Origin: an uncultured delta proteobacterium
Lineage (GTDB): Bacteria > Desulfobacterota > Binatia > Binatales > Binataceae
Length of the DNA stretch: 64,000 bases
Direction: 5' to 3'
Assembly (NCBI GenBank): GCA_963724765.1
Contig: CAVRVY010000001.1
Coordinates: 448,001 to 512,000 of the forward strand
Below are positions 49,754 to 60,056 of the stretch, one piece after another. Position numbers and translations under genes: made by a program. How positions within the stretch are numbered: position 1 is the stretch's first letter; each line of letters begins with the position of its first letter. The notes beneath the pieces were generated by a model. It ran no database searches. It saw nothing but the letters and a program-made list of their open reading frames with translations, and had not been told where the DNA came from.

Positions 49754-50926
49754 GTGAAAAGTGAAGCTGCATTGAAAATAACAACTGCGGTTTTCCTGCT
49801 CGCTCTGTTGCCTACGTCAATACCTATTGCCGCAGCACAAACGGATCGGCTGGTGATAAATGGCGATGGCTCAACCTTCGCCTATCCAATGTACAGCAAA
49901 TGGATCGAGGAATATCAGAAGGACAATCCGGCGGTGCATTTCAGTTACGTTTCGAACGGCTCGGGCGCCGGCATCCACGACGTTATGCTGGGCACAGTCG
50001 ACTTTGCCGGCACTGACGGTCCGCTGAACAAAACACAGATGTTGGACTTCAGCACTCATCGGAACTGCGAGGTTCTCCACTTCCCGACCGCCCTGGGAGC
50101 GGATGTTCCCATATACAATATCCCGGGAGTGATTCAGGAGCTCAATTTCACTCCTCAGGCCCTCGCGGGCATATATCTCGGAACCATTACTAAATGGAAT
50201 GATCCCGAGATTGCCAAACCCAATCCGAACGTATCGCTGCCTGCCAACGATATTGTAGTTGTCCATCGGCAAGACGGAAGCGGAACCACCTACGTGTGGA
50301 CCGACTATCTAACCAAAGTCAGCTCGGATTGGCAGCAGCGTGTAGGAACCGGCATCTCGGTCATGTGGCCGGTTGGGAACGCGGCTAAGGGCAACGAAGG
50401 AGTTGTCCAGGTGGTCGCACACACGCCCTATTCGATCGGGTATTCCGAGCTCACGTATGCGGTCCGGAACCGGTTGCTCTACGGGAGCGTAGCCAACCGC
50501 AGTAGGCAATTCATCAAGGCCGATCTGGCGAGCGTCACTGCGGCTGCGGCGGGCGTCGCGGACAAGATGCCTGCGGATTTTCGCGTCTCGATTACCGACG
50601 CGCCCGGTGAAGAAGCCTACCCCATCTCGAGCTTCACCTGGATGCTGATACCTTCCGTTATAACCGACTCGGCGAAGCGCACTGCAATCATAAAGTTTCT
50701 GCGGTGGAGCTTGACCAAAGGCCAGGATTACCTCGAACCCCTGTCCTATGCCCGACTTCCCAGCGCCGTAATCGTCAAGGAAGAGAAGGCGATCGACAGA
50801 ATAAAATCGTCGAGCGGAAGGGAAGCAGCTCAAGAGAGTGCGAAAGTTGTTGCCACGCGAGGCGTCATTCAGAGGTACCACGACGCGATAGCGGTCTGCG
50901 ACATCAGAAATGCCAGTTTTGACTAA
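49754..50926 (+). CDS. pstS: Phosphate-binding protein
   Basis: GSTF.YP, GSGAG, DFAGTD, HR.DGSGTT, KGNEGV and YPIS motifs. Confidence 0.93.
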   Translation: MKSEAALKITTAVFLLALLPTSIPIAAAQTDRLVINGDGSTFAYPMYSKWIEEYQKDNPAVHFSYVSNGSGAGIHDVMLGTVDFAGTDGPLNKTQMLDFSTHRNCEVLHFPTALGADVPIYNIPGVIQELNFTPQALAGIYLGTITKWNDPEIAKPNPNVSLPANDIVVVHRQDGSGTTYVWTDYLTKVSSDWQQRVGTGISVMWPVGNAAKGNEGVVQVVAHTPYSIGYSELTYAVRNRLLYGSVANRSRQFIKADLASVTAAAAGVADKMPADFRVSITDAPGEEAYPISSFTWMLIPSVITDSAKRTAIIKFLRWSLTKGQDYLEPLSYARLPSAVIVKEEKAIDRIKSSSGREAAQESAKVVATRGVIQRYHDAIAVCDIRNASFD

Positions 50927-51022
50927 GAAGGCGCTCGCTTGAAAAGCCCGGCGCCCGGTGGACTCGCGGTTTCGGTTCAGAGTTCGACGCAAAAGTTCGA
51001 TCAAACCAATGAGAGAAAATTC

Positions 51023-51220
51023 ATGAAAGCCAGAACCCCAAATCTGAGTCAGAAAGATTGGGAACTCTGCTGCACCTATCTCGAGGAAATGAAGCAAAAG
51101 GGCCTTTCGACCCACGAACCATGGGAATTTGAACTTGAGGCCTGGGCGGCGGACCCAAATCGTCATCCGAGGGGATCCACGATCGCCAAGCTGCGCCTCC
51201 GCTTCTCCAACCGTGCGTGA
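51023..51220 (+). CDS. Small hypothetical protein
   Basis: 65-aa ORF with a CC pair; no family recognised. Confidence 0.3.
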   Translation: MKARTPNLSQKDWELCCTYLEEMKQKGLSTHEPWEFELEAWAADPNRHPRGSTIAKLRLRFSNRA

Positions 51221-51337
51221 TGCAGAAATTCTCAACGCTGCTGCTCTCCCCACTGACACGGTACAACACTCACTAGGTTCGCGCTGGCACGACGGGTCAT
51301 CGTCTCGTGGCCGCCGCAGAAACTTGATCTGTCCCAC

Positions 51338-51357
51338 ATTTCTATGATACTAGAAAT
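51338..51357. promoter_or_regulatory. Putative ArsR operator
   Basis: ATTTCTA-N6-TAGAAAT, 6 nt before the arsR ATG. Confidence 0.6.
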
Positions 51358-51363
51358 ATCGTA

Positions 51364-51762
51364 ATGAAGCGGCGAATCGAACAGTTCAGCGCCCTAGGCC
51401 AGGAGGACCGCCTGGAGATCTTCCGCCTGCTAGTGCGCGCGGGGCCGCAGGGCAACTGCGTCGACGAGATCAAGCGCCGGCTCAAGATGGCGGGCTCCAC
51501 CCTTTCCCATCATCTCGACGCGCTGACTCGCTCCGGCCTGCTCGCAGCACGGCGCTCCGGTCGCTTCATCTTCTACGCCGTCAACTGGCGCGAGACTGGG
51601 AACCTGATTCGCTTTCTCACCGAGGATTGTTGCGCCGAGATGCACACAAGGCTCGCTCAGACCGCTGGCTCACAGCCGCCAGATAGACGTGGCACCAATC
51701 AAGATTCGTGTTGCGAAGAGGATCAATCGGCCGCCACAAGCACCATGCGCATGCGGCCCTAA
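51364..51762 (+). CDS. arsR: ArsR family repressor
   Basis: RLEIFRLLVRAG, TLSHHL and FLTEDCC. Confidence 0.9.
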   Translation: MKRRIEQFSALGQEDRLEIFRLLVRAGPQGNCVDEIKRRLKMAGSTLSHHLDALTRSGLLAARRSGRFIFYAVNWRETGNLIRFLTEDCCAEMHTRLAQTAGSQPPDRRGTNQDSCCEEDQSAATSTMRMRP

Positions 51763-51782
51763 ACTGCTGGGAGGCGAGAAAA

Positions 51783-52601
51783 ATGGGAGACCAGCCCACG
51801 ATAAAGGAACAGGTCAGGGAAAATTACGCGCGCGCCGCGCGCCGCGTCGTCAACCAGGAAAGTACCTCGTGCTGTGGCACGGCCGCTCCCGCGGGAAATC
51901 CGATCACCTCGAATCTGTACGCGGACGGCGAAACCGCCGCGCTTCCGGCTCAGGCGGTCGCCGCGTCGCTCGGCTGCGGTAATCCGACTGCGCTCGCCGA
52001 GCTTCGGCCGGGCGATACGGTGCTCGACCTCGGCTCCGGCGGCGGCATCGACGTGCTGCTCTCCGCGCGCCGCGTCGGCCCCACCGGCAAAGCCTACGGC
52101 CTCGACATGACCGACGAAATGCTTGCCCTGGCGCGCGAGAACCAGCGCAAGGCGGGGGCGCAAAACGTCGAGTTCCTGAAGGGCGAGATCGAGAACATCC
52201 CGCTGCCCGATAACTCGGTGGACGTGATCATTTCCAACTGTGTGATCAATCTTTCGGGCGACAAGGATCGCGTGCTGGCCGAAGCGTTTCGCGTGCTGCG
52301 CCCCGGGGGCCGCTTCGCGGTCTCGGACGTGGTAGTGCGCGGCGAGGTCCCGGCCGCCATCCGCCGCAGCGTGGAGTTGTGGATCGGATGCGTCGCCGGA
52401 GCGCTGGAAGAATCGGAGTACCGGGCGAAATTGAGCAGCGCCGGATTTGAGCAGGTCAAGGTCGAGCCGACGCGCATCTATCGAGCGTCCGACGCCATGG
52501 AGTTTTTCAGCCGAGCTGACCTCGACGTCGAAACAATCGCGCCTCTCGTCGACGGCAAATTCATGAGCGCCTTCGTGCGCGCTCGCAAACCAATCTCGTA
52601 G
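51783..52601 (+). CDS. arsM: Arsenite S-adenosylmethyltransferase
   Basis: [26 protein letters not shown] and WIGCVAGA. Confidence 0.95.
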   Translation: MGDQPTIKEQVRENYARAARRVVNQESTSCCGTAAPAGNPITSNLYADGETAALPAQAVAASLGCGNPTALAELRPGDTVLDLGSGGGIDVLLSARRVGPTGKAYGLDMTDEMLALARENQRKAGAQNVEFLKGEIENIPLPDNSVDVIISNCVINLSGDKDRVLAEAFRVLRPGGRFAVSDVVVRGEVPAAIRRSVELWIGCVAGALEESEYRAKLSSAGFEQVKVEPTRIYRASDAMEFFSRADLDVETIAPLVDGKFMSAFVRARKPIS

Positions 52602-52710
52602 GGCTGCTCCATGGCAACGTCCGAAATATCGAGACGGTCTACTGCTGCCGCATGCCGCGTCGGGGAAATTTTCTTTGGCGACCCTGCATCGCGGCGAAGT
52701 GAGCAAACTC

Positions 52711-53544
52711 ATGCAGAACAATCACGAATCTGAGCTGTTGGTGACGACGGACTGGTTGGCGGCGCATCTTGACGATCTCGACATCCGTGTCGTTGATACG
52801 CGCAAGGGAGATGGCTACGCGATAGCGCACATGCCTGGCGCGGTCCGCTATCCGGCGCCCATAACCCCATTTCTCAAGGAAAACGGTCGCGTGCCGAGCG
52901 CCGAAAAGTTCGCCGGGATCATGTCAGAGATAGGAGTCGGCGACGAGAATCTCGTTGTCGCGTACGACGATGGAAACAACCTTTTCGCGGCGCGTCTCTG
53001 GTGGGCGCTAAATTATTATGGACATCGCAGAGTGAAGCTGGTGGATGGAGGGTGGGATCTCTGGTTATCAGAAGGTCGCCCCGTCACGGATGCGCCAGAA
53101 AGCGCGAGTCCCGCTCGCTTCACTCCGAAGATCGACGACCACTGTATTGCCGAAGGGGAAACGGTCACAGCGGCGATCGGAAATCCAGCTTGCGGTATTC
53201 TCGACGTTAGATCGGACAAGGAGTGGACCGGCGCCGATCCGATGGGCACGAAGCGCGGCGGACACATTCCAGGCGCGCTTCACTTGGAGTGGCGCGAGAC
53301 GATCGATCAGGCGAGCAAGCGCTTCAAACCCGCGCCGGTGTTGCGACAGATGTTCGCGAAGGCAGGGCTCTCGCCGGAAAAGGAAGTTATCACGTACTGC
53401 CAGGGCGGCATCCGGGCGGCTCACACCGCATTCGCCCTGCGGTTGGCCGGCTACGACCACGTCCGAAACTACGAGCGTTCCTGGGCCGAATGGGGCAACC
53501 GCGAGGACCTTCCGATAGAGCGCCCGCAAGGAGCCGCGAAGTGA
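52711..53544 (+). CDS. Two-domain sulfurtransferase (rhodanese)
   Basis: [29 protein letters not shown] and YE.SW.EW. Confidence 0.92.
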   Translation: MQNNHESELLVTTDWLAAHLDDLDIRVVDTRKGDGYAIAHMPGAVRYPAPITPFLKENGRVPSAEKFAGIMSEIGVGDENLVVAYDDGNNLFAARLWWALNYYGHRRVKLVDGGWDLWLSEGRPVTDAPESASPARFTPKIDDHCIAEGETVTAAIGNPACGILDVRSDKEWTGADPMGTKRGGHIPGALHLEWRETIDQASKRFKPAPVLRQMFAKAGLSPEKEVITYCQGGIRAAHTAFALRLAGYDHVRNYERSWAEWGNREDLPIERPQGAAK

Positions 53545-54389
53545 GGGGGCTGCTCTTCCTGTGCGTCCAGAACTCCGCCCGGAGCCAGATGGCGGAAGGG
53601 CTAGCGCGCAGGATTTTCGAAGATGCCGTGCGCGTACAAAGCGCCGGCTCGCGACCGGCCGGAGTCGATTCGCTCGCGGTCGCTGCGATGGCGGAGATTG
53701 GGATCGACATTTCCGCTCAGACATCAAAATCGGTCGAGAGCATCGATCCGCATAGCGTCGATACGGTGATCACGCTTTGCGCCGGGGAAGTATGTCCGGC
53801 CTTCTTAGGCAATGCTCGGCGGCTGCATTAGTCGATTGGGGACCCGGCTGCAGCAGGTCCCTCGCTTAGCGATGGCGGTCGGCTCCCAAAGTTTAGGGTC
53901 GCTCGGGATCAGATCAAAGCACGGCTTGAGGTGCTGGCTGCGTTGCGTGATGTTCCACTTGGTCCGGCCGCCGTGGAATTTCATTCCAGTATCCGAGTGC
54001 ACGATCTGGCCCGCAGCGCGCGGTTCTATTCCTGGTTGCTGGGGACTCAGCCGCGCGAATGGACCCATCGCTACGTGACCTTCATCTGCCCCGAACTCAG
54101 ACTTAACTTTGTACTGTTGGTATCGGACGGGAAGGAGCTCCATCACGACACGCTGTACCATTTCGGCATCGCGCTGTCGGACAGGCGTGCCGTAATCGCG
54201 GCCTATCACCGCGCACGCGAGGTAGGATTGCACATCGAAAAACCGGCTCGCACTACGTGGACTGGGACCCCGCTGCATGAGCTCTGGCTCGAAGATCCTG
54301 ATGGCAACCTGATCGAACTCTACGCCCGTCTGACCGAAGAAGAGATCGCTGAACGCCCGGCCGACGCACAACCTGTGTGGCTGGCATGA
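53541..54389 (+). pseudogene. ArsC (LMW-PTP fold) fused to VOC/glyoxalase domain, interrupted by in-frame TAG
   Basis: [14 protein letters not shown]...RLH*SIGDP (TAG 53829-53831 at the conserved Trp). The frame continues into the VOC domain ending DPDGNLIELY. Confidence 0.85.
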
Positions 54390-54436
54390 TCCAGGGACGA
54401 TTCGTTGACAACTGAGATTGAGCAAATGGAAAGGTT

Positions 54437-54793
54437 GGATGTGTCGCCGGAGCGCTGGAAGAGTCGGAGTACCGCGCGAAATTGATCAGCGCCGGATTTG
54501 AACAGGTCGACCTGGAGCCGCCGCGCATCTATCGCCCGGCCGACGCCAGAGGGTTTTTCACCCGTGCGAACCTCGACGTCGAAAAAATCGCGCCTCTGCT
54601 CGACGGCAAATTCATGAGCGCCTTCGTGCGCGCTCGCAAACCAATCTCGTAGGGCTGCTCCATCGCAACGTCCGAAATATCGAGACGGTCTACTGCTGCC
54701 GCATGCCGCGTCGGGGAAATTCTCTTTGGCGACCCTACATCGCGGCGAAGTGAGCAAACTCATGCAGAACAATCACGAATCTGAGCTGTTGGT
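54437..54793 (+). repeat. 357-bp direct repeat of arsM 3' end, intergenic region and rhodanese start
   Basis: Ungapped match to 52386-52742 (offset 2051). Confidence 0.95.
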
Positions 54794-54985
54794 TGTCTCA
54801 CTCGACAAGGACTACCGAGACTTGCCCCGATCCAAGCACCCAGGATCGGAAGAGTCGTCGAAATCGCGAAGGTCGCTGGCCTGCATCACCGCTACAAACG
54901 GCTCGCTGTCTGACTTGTACTAGCTCCGCTAACCAACGGCGGCTTGCAGCCCATACGCCGGTACACACAAAAACGGTCCAGCGCC

Positions 54986-55768
54986 TTAGAAGGTCCATCC
55001 GACAATCGACTTGAGAAACACCCCGTTACTCGCGCGCGTCACCCCGAGTCCGACGCCGAGATTCAGTTCAAGTTGCGGAATGAAATAGAAATTCAGAGTC
55101 GGCACGATGAAATGCTGCTGCTCCTGCGGCTTTTCCAGCGGCTGAATAGGTCCCATGTCGCCGTAGTACTCGAGCGCCGGCGAAACCCAGCGGTTCAGGT
55201 CATACAGGATCTCGCCTGACGGATCGAATTGAAACCCGTGATGCGTCTGCGGGCCGCTGAACGGCTTTATCAACGGAAAGTCCGCGACCACGCGAAATGG
55301 CTTGTAGGTCGCACCGACGATCGGCCGCAGCTCAAGCGTCAGAGGATTTTCCTCAGCCGCGCGGCGCATGTAGTCGAGCTCGATATTGCCGCCGAACTGC
55401 ACTGGCCACTCGAAGGTCTGCGGGATACCGAAATGAACCTTCGTGCGCGAACCCGAGTATTCGTAATCTCCGTTCGAGAGCTTCGCTGTGGCGAAATACT
55501 GGCCGACCTCGAGCCAGCGCAGGACGCCATATGTGGCCTCGAGCGTCTCGTGTATCTGATGCACGTCCATCTGGCTTTTCGCCAACTGTCCGGTCGCGGT
55601 CGAGGTCGTGTTGGAATGGAGTTCGAGCGTCAGATGACCGACCGGCGCGGTATCGGTGTCGTAAATCTGGATTTCATAGAAGTCGATCGCCTGCAATGGA
55701 CGCGCGGCCGCCAGCATCGCGACGATGCACATCGAGAACGTGAAAACATGGCGGAAAAAATTCGTCAT
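54986..55768 (-). CDS. Putative outer-membrane beta-barrel protein
   Basis: Signal peptide, YEIQIY..ELHSN, alternating beta strands, terminal GWTF. Confidence 0.7.
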   Translation of the reverse strand: MTNFFRHVFTFSMCIVAMLAAARPLQAIDFYEIQIYDTDTAPVGHLTLELHSNTTSTATGQLAKSQMDVHQIHETLEATYGVLRWLEVGQYFATAKLSNGDYEYSGSRTKVHFGIPQTFEWPVQFGGNIELDYMRRAAEENPLTLELRPIVGATYKPFRVVADFPLIKPFSGPQTHHGFQFDPSGEILYDLNRWVSPALEYYGDMGPIQPLEKPQEQQHFIVPTLNFYFIPQLELNLGVGLGVTRASNGVFLKSIVGWTF

Positions 55769-55939
55769 GGGCTCTTGCAGCAGGTTCTTACGCGATTCCT
55801 TGAGTCCGGCGGTCGACGGCTCCACGGGGCGATCGCAGATCAGTGTCCATATCGGCGCTAACCTTGGCAATTGCCGAGACGAACCGATCGGGCAGCGGGC
55901 TCGCGGTCGGCACAGGAGCGTTCGTCGCGAGCTGATTGT

Positions 55940-56042
55940 CTGCGGTAACGGTCACAGACTGCAACTCGACGATAGGGCGGAGAGCCTCCCAGCTCAAGTC
56001 GCCAGGATTCAACGCGCGACCAGAGAGAACAACTATCTTCAT
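55940..56042 (-). pseudogene. N-terminal fragment of D-2-hydroxyacid (glycerate) dehydrogenase
   Basis: MKIVVLSGRALNPGDLSWEAL matches the family N-terminus, then similarity ends. End coordinate approximate. Confidence 0.6.
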
Positions 56043-56211
56043 GAGAGCCACCTGGATCTCGATCTCGGGCCGCTACCCACGAGTGGTGACGCGTCTAGGG
56101 ACCGGGTTCGTGGTGAGTACGATAACGGCCTCCGCTTTATCGGACAGCGCACCGTTCTAAGACGGCCTCGACACTTGCAAACTGGCATAAAATTTCCCAG
56201 CCAGATCAATC

Positions 56212-56394
56212 TGGCTGTCCGAAATTTCAAACGGCAGCGTTGAAATTCTTGGACAGACTGGAATGTCACTGAATCCCGAAGAGGCAGAAATTGGCCGAAG
56301 TCCGGTGCCATCTAATCTATCAGCGGTCGATGGCAAAGCGTTTGCTATGTCCGGTCGTCTTCAAAAATAAGTGCGCCATCGGCATCAATCCCGA
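56212..56394 (+). promoter_or_regulatory. sigma54 promoter module with upstream palindrome, copy 1
   Basis: CTGTCCGAAATTTC...GAAATTCTTGGACAG, then TGGCAAAGCGTTTGCT (GG-N10-GC) at 56331-56346. Confidence 0.65.
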
Positions 56395-56426
56395 ATCAAA
56401 CGAAGGCCGCCAAGAAACCCTCGCGC

Positions 56427-57832
56427 ATGAGTAAAAGTGCTCTCACCCTTGGTCACCTTAACATCCGGCTCGTATTGGGGCTGGCGCTGTTCCTACGCGC
56501 ACTACTCCCGATATCAGGCTATCTGTACACACGTGACGCTACCATCTTCTACACGCCTGACACCGCCACTTATATTGTTCCGGCCCGCGAGTTAGTCACC
56601 CATCACCGCTTTTTCTCCGATGGGGCACCGGAAGTCATTCGAACCCCGGGCTATCCTTTGCTGCTTACGGCTGGCCTGCTGTTGGATCGCTTGGAACTCG
56701 TTACAGTCACGCTCCAACTTTTACTTAGTTGCTTCACGTATTCATGGTATATCGGACAGCCTGTCTGTTCTTCGAGCGCGATGACATAGCTATCATTGCC
56801 GCGGTGCTGTATGCGATAGATCCGCTTTCCATATTGTTCGCAAGCCTACTCGCCCCTGAAACTCTTTTTACCGCAATAGTCATGGTCGCAGTCTACTACC
56901 TTGTGAAGTACCTGAGGCGGCAATCACCGGGGGACCTGCTTGCTTCGGCCGGCGCTCTGGCCGCCTCAGTTTATGTCCGACCGATCGGCTACTTTTTGCC
57001 ACTGATAATCGCTGCCGGGCTGGCAACATGGACGTTGATCACTTATGGGCAAAACAAGCTCGGCCTCCTAGCTCCCAGCTGTGCTTTCGTTATTGTTTCC
57101 CTGGGGCTCACCGGTCTCTGGCAGGTTCGGAACAAGGTCGAGTCAGGGTACTCTGGCTTCTCAGCCATCGCTAGCGACAATATGTACTTCATCGGAGCCG
57201 CATCGGTCCTGGCCGCCCAACAGCATGTGCCGTATTACGGGATGAGGGACCGGCTAGGCTATCAGAACCCGCGCGTTTATTTCCATGACCATCCTGAACA
57301 GAAGACCTGGTCTGTAGCGCGGAGAAGCAATTATATGAATCGGGCCGCCGAGCACATTTTGCTGGACAGCTCCTTGACTTATACTTGGATTTATCTCGAT
57401 GGCCTCCTTCGAGGCACCTTCGATCCCGCTTCTACCGAATTTCTCAGATTCTTCGACCTCTATCCTAAGGAGGGCGGTCTTCTGACAGTTGAGGTCGACA
57501 AAGGCATAGTCCCAACTATCGAAGCGCTTTACGCTAATCCACTCCTGTTTTGGAGCACGGCCATAATGCTCCCGCTGCTGCTGATATACCTGTCGTGTGC
57601 GTGCGTAACACTCTGCAGCCGGCTGATACTGAACCCTGCCATTCTCGCCGTTTCTTTAATAATGGGCTACTATATGGCTATTGCGGGTGGCCCCGGCGAC
57701 TGGGCCCGATTCCGTCATCCGGCAATGCCTATTATCTGCATGCTGGCTGGGTATGGTTCACGTGTGGCGCGGAGCCGCTGGGAACCCCCGTTTGCCGCCT
57801 GGTGTCGCATGTGTTTTCAGCAATCTCATTAG
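56427..57832 (+). pseudogene. ArnT/GT39-like membrane glycosyltransferase, frameshifted
   Basis: D..TY, RTPGYP, ETLF, VRP and ARFR.P. One base is missing near 56738 between ORFs 56427-56789 and 56729-57832. Confidence 0.8.
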
Positions 57833-58141
57833 ACAAGCTTTCAGAGTATCGAATGCGTCGTGGAGGTGGGGCCGTTCGCCGAGCGGCCGCATCGCCAGAG
57901 CGACGGGACGTGGCTCTGACTGTCCGACCATATCGGGGTGATCGCCACGCTCAGGCTGTAGGCGGCGAGCGATGCAGTAAACAGGTCGACGGCAGTCAGA
58001 GAACTGCCGGTCGTTGCGCTGGATCGGCACGACGTATGGGGCTGGTCGCAAATCCACCATTTCGCCTACAGTGCCCGTCGAGGCAGCCGGGTTTGACATC
58101 ACGAACTGATGAGCAACCGATCGTACTTCAACGGTTATCTA

Positions 58142-58326
58142 TGGCTGTCCGAAATTTCGAACGGCAGCGTTGAAATTCTCGGACAGACTGGAATGTCGGT
58201 GAATCTCAAGAGCGGAAAAATGGCCGAAGTGCCAGTGCCATTCACCGACGGTCGATGGCAGGGCGTTTGCTTTTCACGGTCTCCGATCGTCTTCGAATAT
58301 GTGCGCCACATGACCGTGAATCCCGA
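58142..58326 (+). promoter_or_regulatory. sigma54 promoter module with upstream palindrome, copy 2
   Basis: Diverged direct repeat of 56212-56394; TGGCAGGGCGTTTGCT at 58256-58271. Confidence 0.65.
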
Positions 58327-58794
58327 GGTCGTTTCCTCTCCTTTGGGCATTTTCTTTCGACGATCTTACGAGTTGCTGGCCGTACTGTGCAGTCAGCCGT
58401 TCTGGCGCTATAGTCTGCCGGGACCGGCGACAGTGATTGAAAAGCTGAAACAGAAGATGGCTGGTTTTGAGACTTATCGGCGGGTAAGGGCCACATTAAG
58501 GGTTTGGGCGTGCGGCTGCCATCCGCCGTCGCCGAAGCATCGTTTCCGGTCGCCAAGTGGATAGTTGTGAGCATCGGCGTGTCGGACGCGTCACGATGAC
58601 ACTTGTTCGCGGATGGAAAGCGCGAATGCTGGTGGATTTAGTTCAAGGAGAGATCGAAGGCACGGGGCTTGCTCAGTATCGATTAGGCTCGGCACGACCG
58701 TTCACGAAACATTTCCAGGACCAATATGCTCGAACCTCACACCAACGTAGAGCGCACAGTACTTCGGAAATAACCCAACAGCGGCGAGGGAATA

Positions 58795-59358
58795 ATGAGG
58801 TTGCTCGTCCGAAAGTCGGCGGTCTCACTGCTAATGGTCTTAGCATTGGAAGTTCTTCTGATGAGCAGTGGAGCGCTTAGTCAAGCTTTCCATCGCGATG
58901 CTGACGCGCTTTCACAAGCGAGTGTCATCTATATTGCTACGGTCCGCAAAGACGGCAATCAGAGTAAGGCGGCTCCGGTCTGGTTCACAACGGCATCAGA
59001 CGGCTTAGTCCTAATTCAAACGGCTACAACTACATGGAAGGCAAAACGGATTCGGCGTGGCAGCCCTGTTATTGTGTGGATAGGTAAGCGGGGCGGTCCC
59101 GCATTTATCGGCAAGGCAAAGATCACGAGCGATCCAGCGGTCAATAATCAGATAGTCAATGACTACCCGCAAAAATACCTTCTTGCGCGGCTTGGCTTCC
59201 ACAAGCCGACCCAGGAAATGTTCACCGAGGGACGCATTGTCGCGATAAAGATTACTCCGGTACGTGACTTGCCGGAAGGGTTTGCTTCTGCACCGGGGAC
59301 TCCGGCTCCTGAAGTAAGCGACGCGCGTGGTAATCGGACGAGCTCTTCCGCACGCTGA
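58795..59358 (+). CDS. Pyridoxamine 5'-phosphate oxidase-like (split barrel) protein
   Basis: IAT.RKDG..PVWF and K.KRIRR; N-terminal signal-like segment. Confidence 0.75.
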   Translation: MRLLVRKSAVSLLMVLALEVLLMSSGALSQAFHRDADALSQASVIYIATVRKDGNQSKAAPVWFTTASDGLVLIQTATTTWKAKRIRRGSPVIVWIGKRGGPAFIGKAKITSDPAVNNQIVNDYPQKYLLARLGFHKPTQEMFTEGRIVAIKITPVRDLPEGFASAPGTPAPEVSDARGNRTSSSAR

Positions 59359-59947
59359 TGATGCGGTTCAGGCCTTCTCGCCGAGCAAGCTCTGCCGCGT
59401 GTCGGCGCAGGCTGCGAACCTGCTGAGCGCGCTTCGTTTCGTGCTTGCGGCGGTCTGGATAGCCGCATTCATGGCCGGCGACCGCGGCTTGGGAATTCTG
59501 GGTCCGATAGCTATAGTTGGCGCGCTCTCGGATTTCCTCGATGGCCGCGTCGCGCGACGGATGCGTCGCGCCGACGGATTTGGGCGGTGGCTCGACGGGT
59601 TCGCCGATATCACCTTTGTGGCTACAGCGCTCTCATGTGAGGCGGCAGCAGGGGCAATTCCGTTCTATGTACCAACCCTCGTCGTCGTTTCATTTGGTCA
59701 ATACACGATTGACTCCATAATGATTAGTCGCTCTTTGACGCCCGTCAAGAGCCGATTCGGACATTGGGGCGGCGTGCTCAACTTCAGCCTCGTAATTGTC
59801 CTGGCATTTGCGCCACCCCCGCAGTGGCCCGGTGTTCTGATCCGCGAAGCCTCTCCGCTTCTTGCCATCTTCTATCTGGCAGCAATCGCCGAGCGGGTAC
59901 TGAGTTACTGGCGGTTGTCTCCGATTAGCCCTGTTCAGGCCGGGTAA
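59327..59947 (+). CDS. CDP-alcohol phosphatidyltransferase family protein
   Basis: ANLLSALR and DFLDG.VAR..G.WLD..AD signature. Start uncertain. Confidence 0.85.
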   Translation: MVIGRALPHADDAVQAFSPSKLCRVSAQAANLLSALRFVLAAVWIAAFMAGDRGLGILGPIAIVGALSDFLDGRVARRMRRADGFGRWLDGFADITFVATALSCEAAAGAIPFYVPTLVVVSFGQYTIDSIMISRSLTPVKSRFGHWGGVLNFSLVIVLAFAPPPQWPGVLIREASPLLAIFYLAAIAERVLSYWRLSPISPVQAG

Positions 59948-60056
59948 TGCAGCCTGCCTCAGGAGCAAAGGGTGTACTCCATTGATATGTTGATGTTCCG
60001 TGGAACACTCACTCGAATCCTTTGACTGCAGAAGAGCGCTCGGTCATGAAGATGCA

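Noticed and set aside
53829-53831. Pyrrolysine/amber recoding
   Set aside because: The position is a conserved Trp one base from TAG, TAG is used as a normal stop elsewhere, and no pyl genes are seen.
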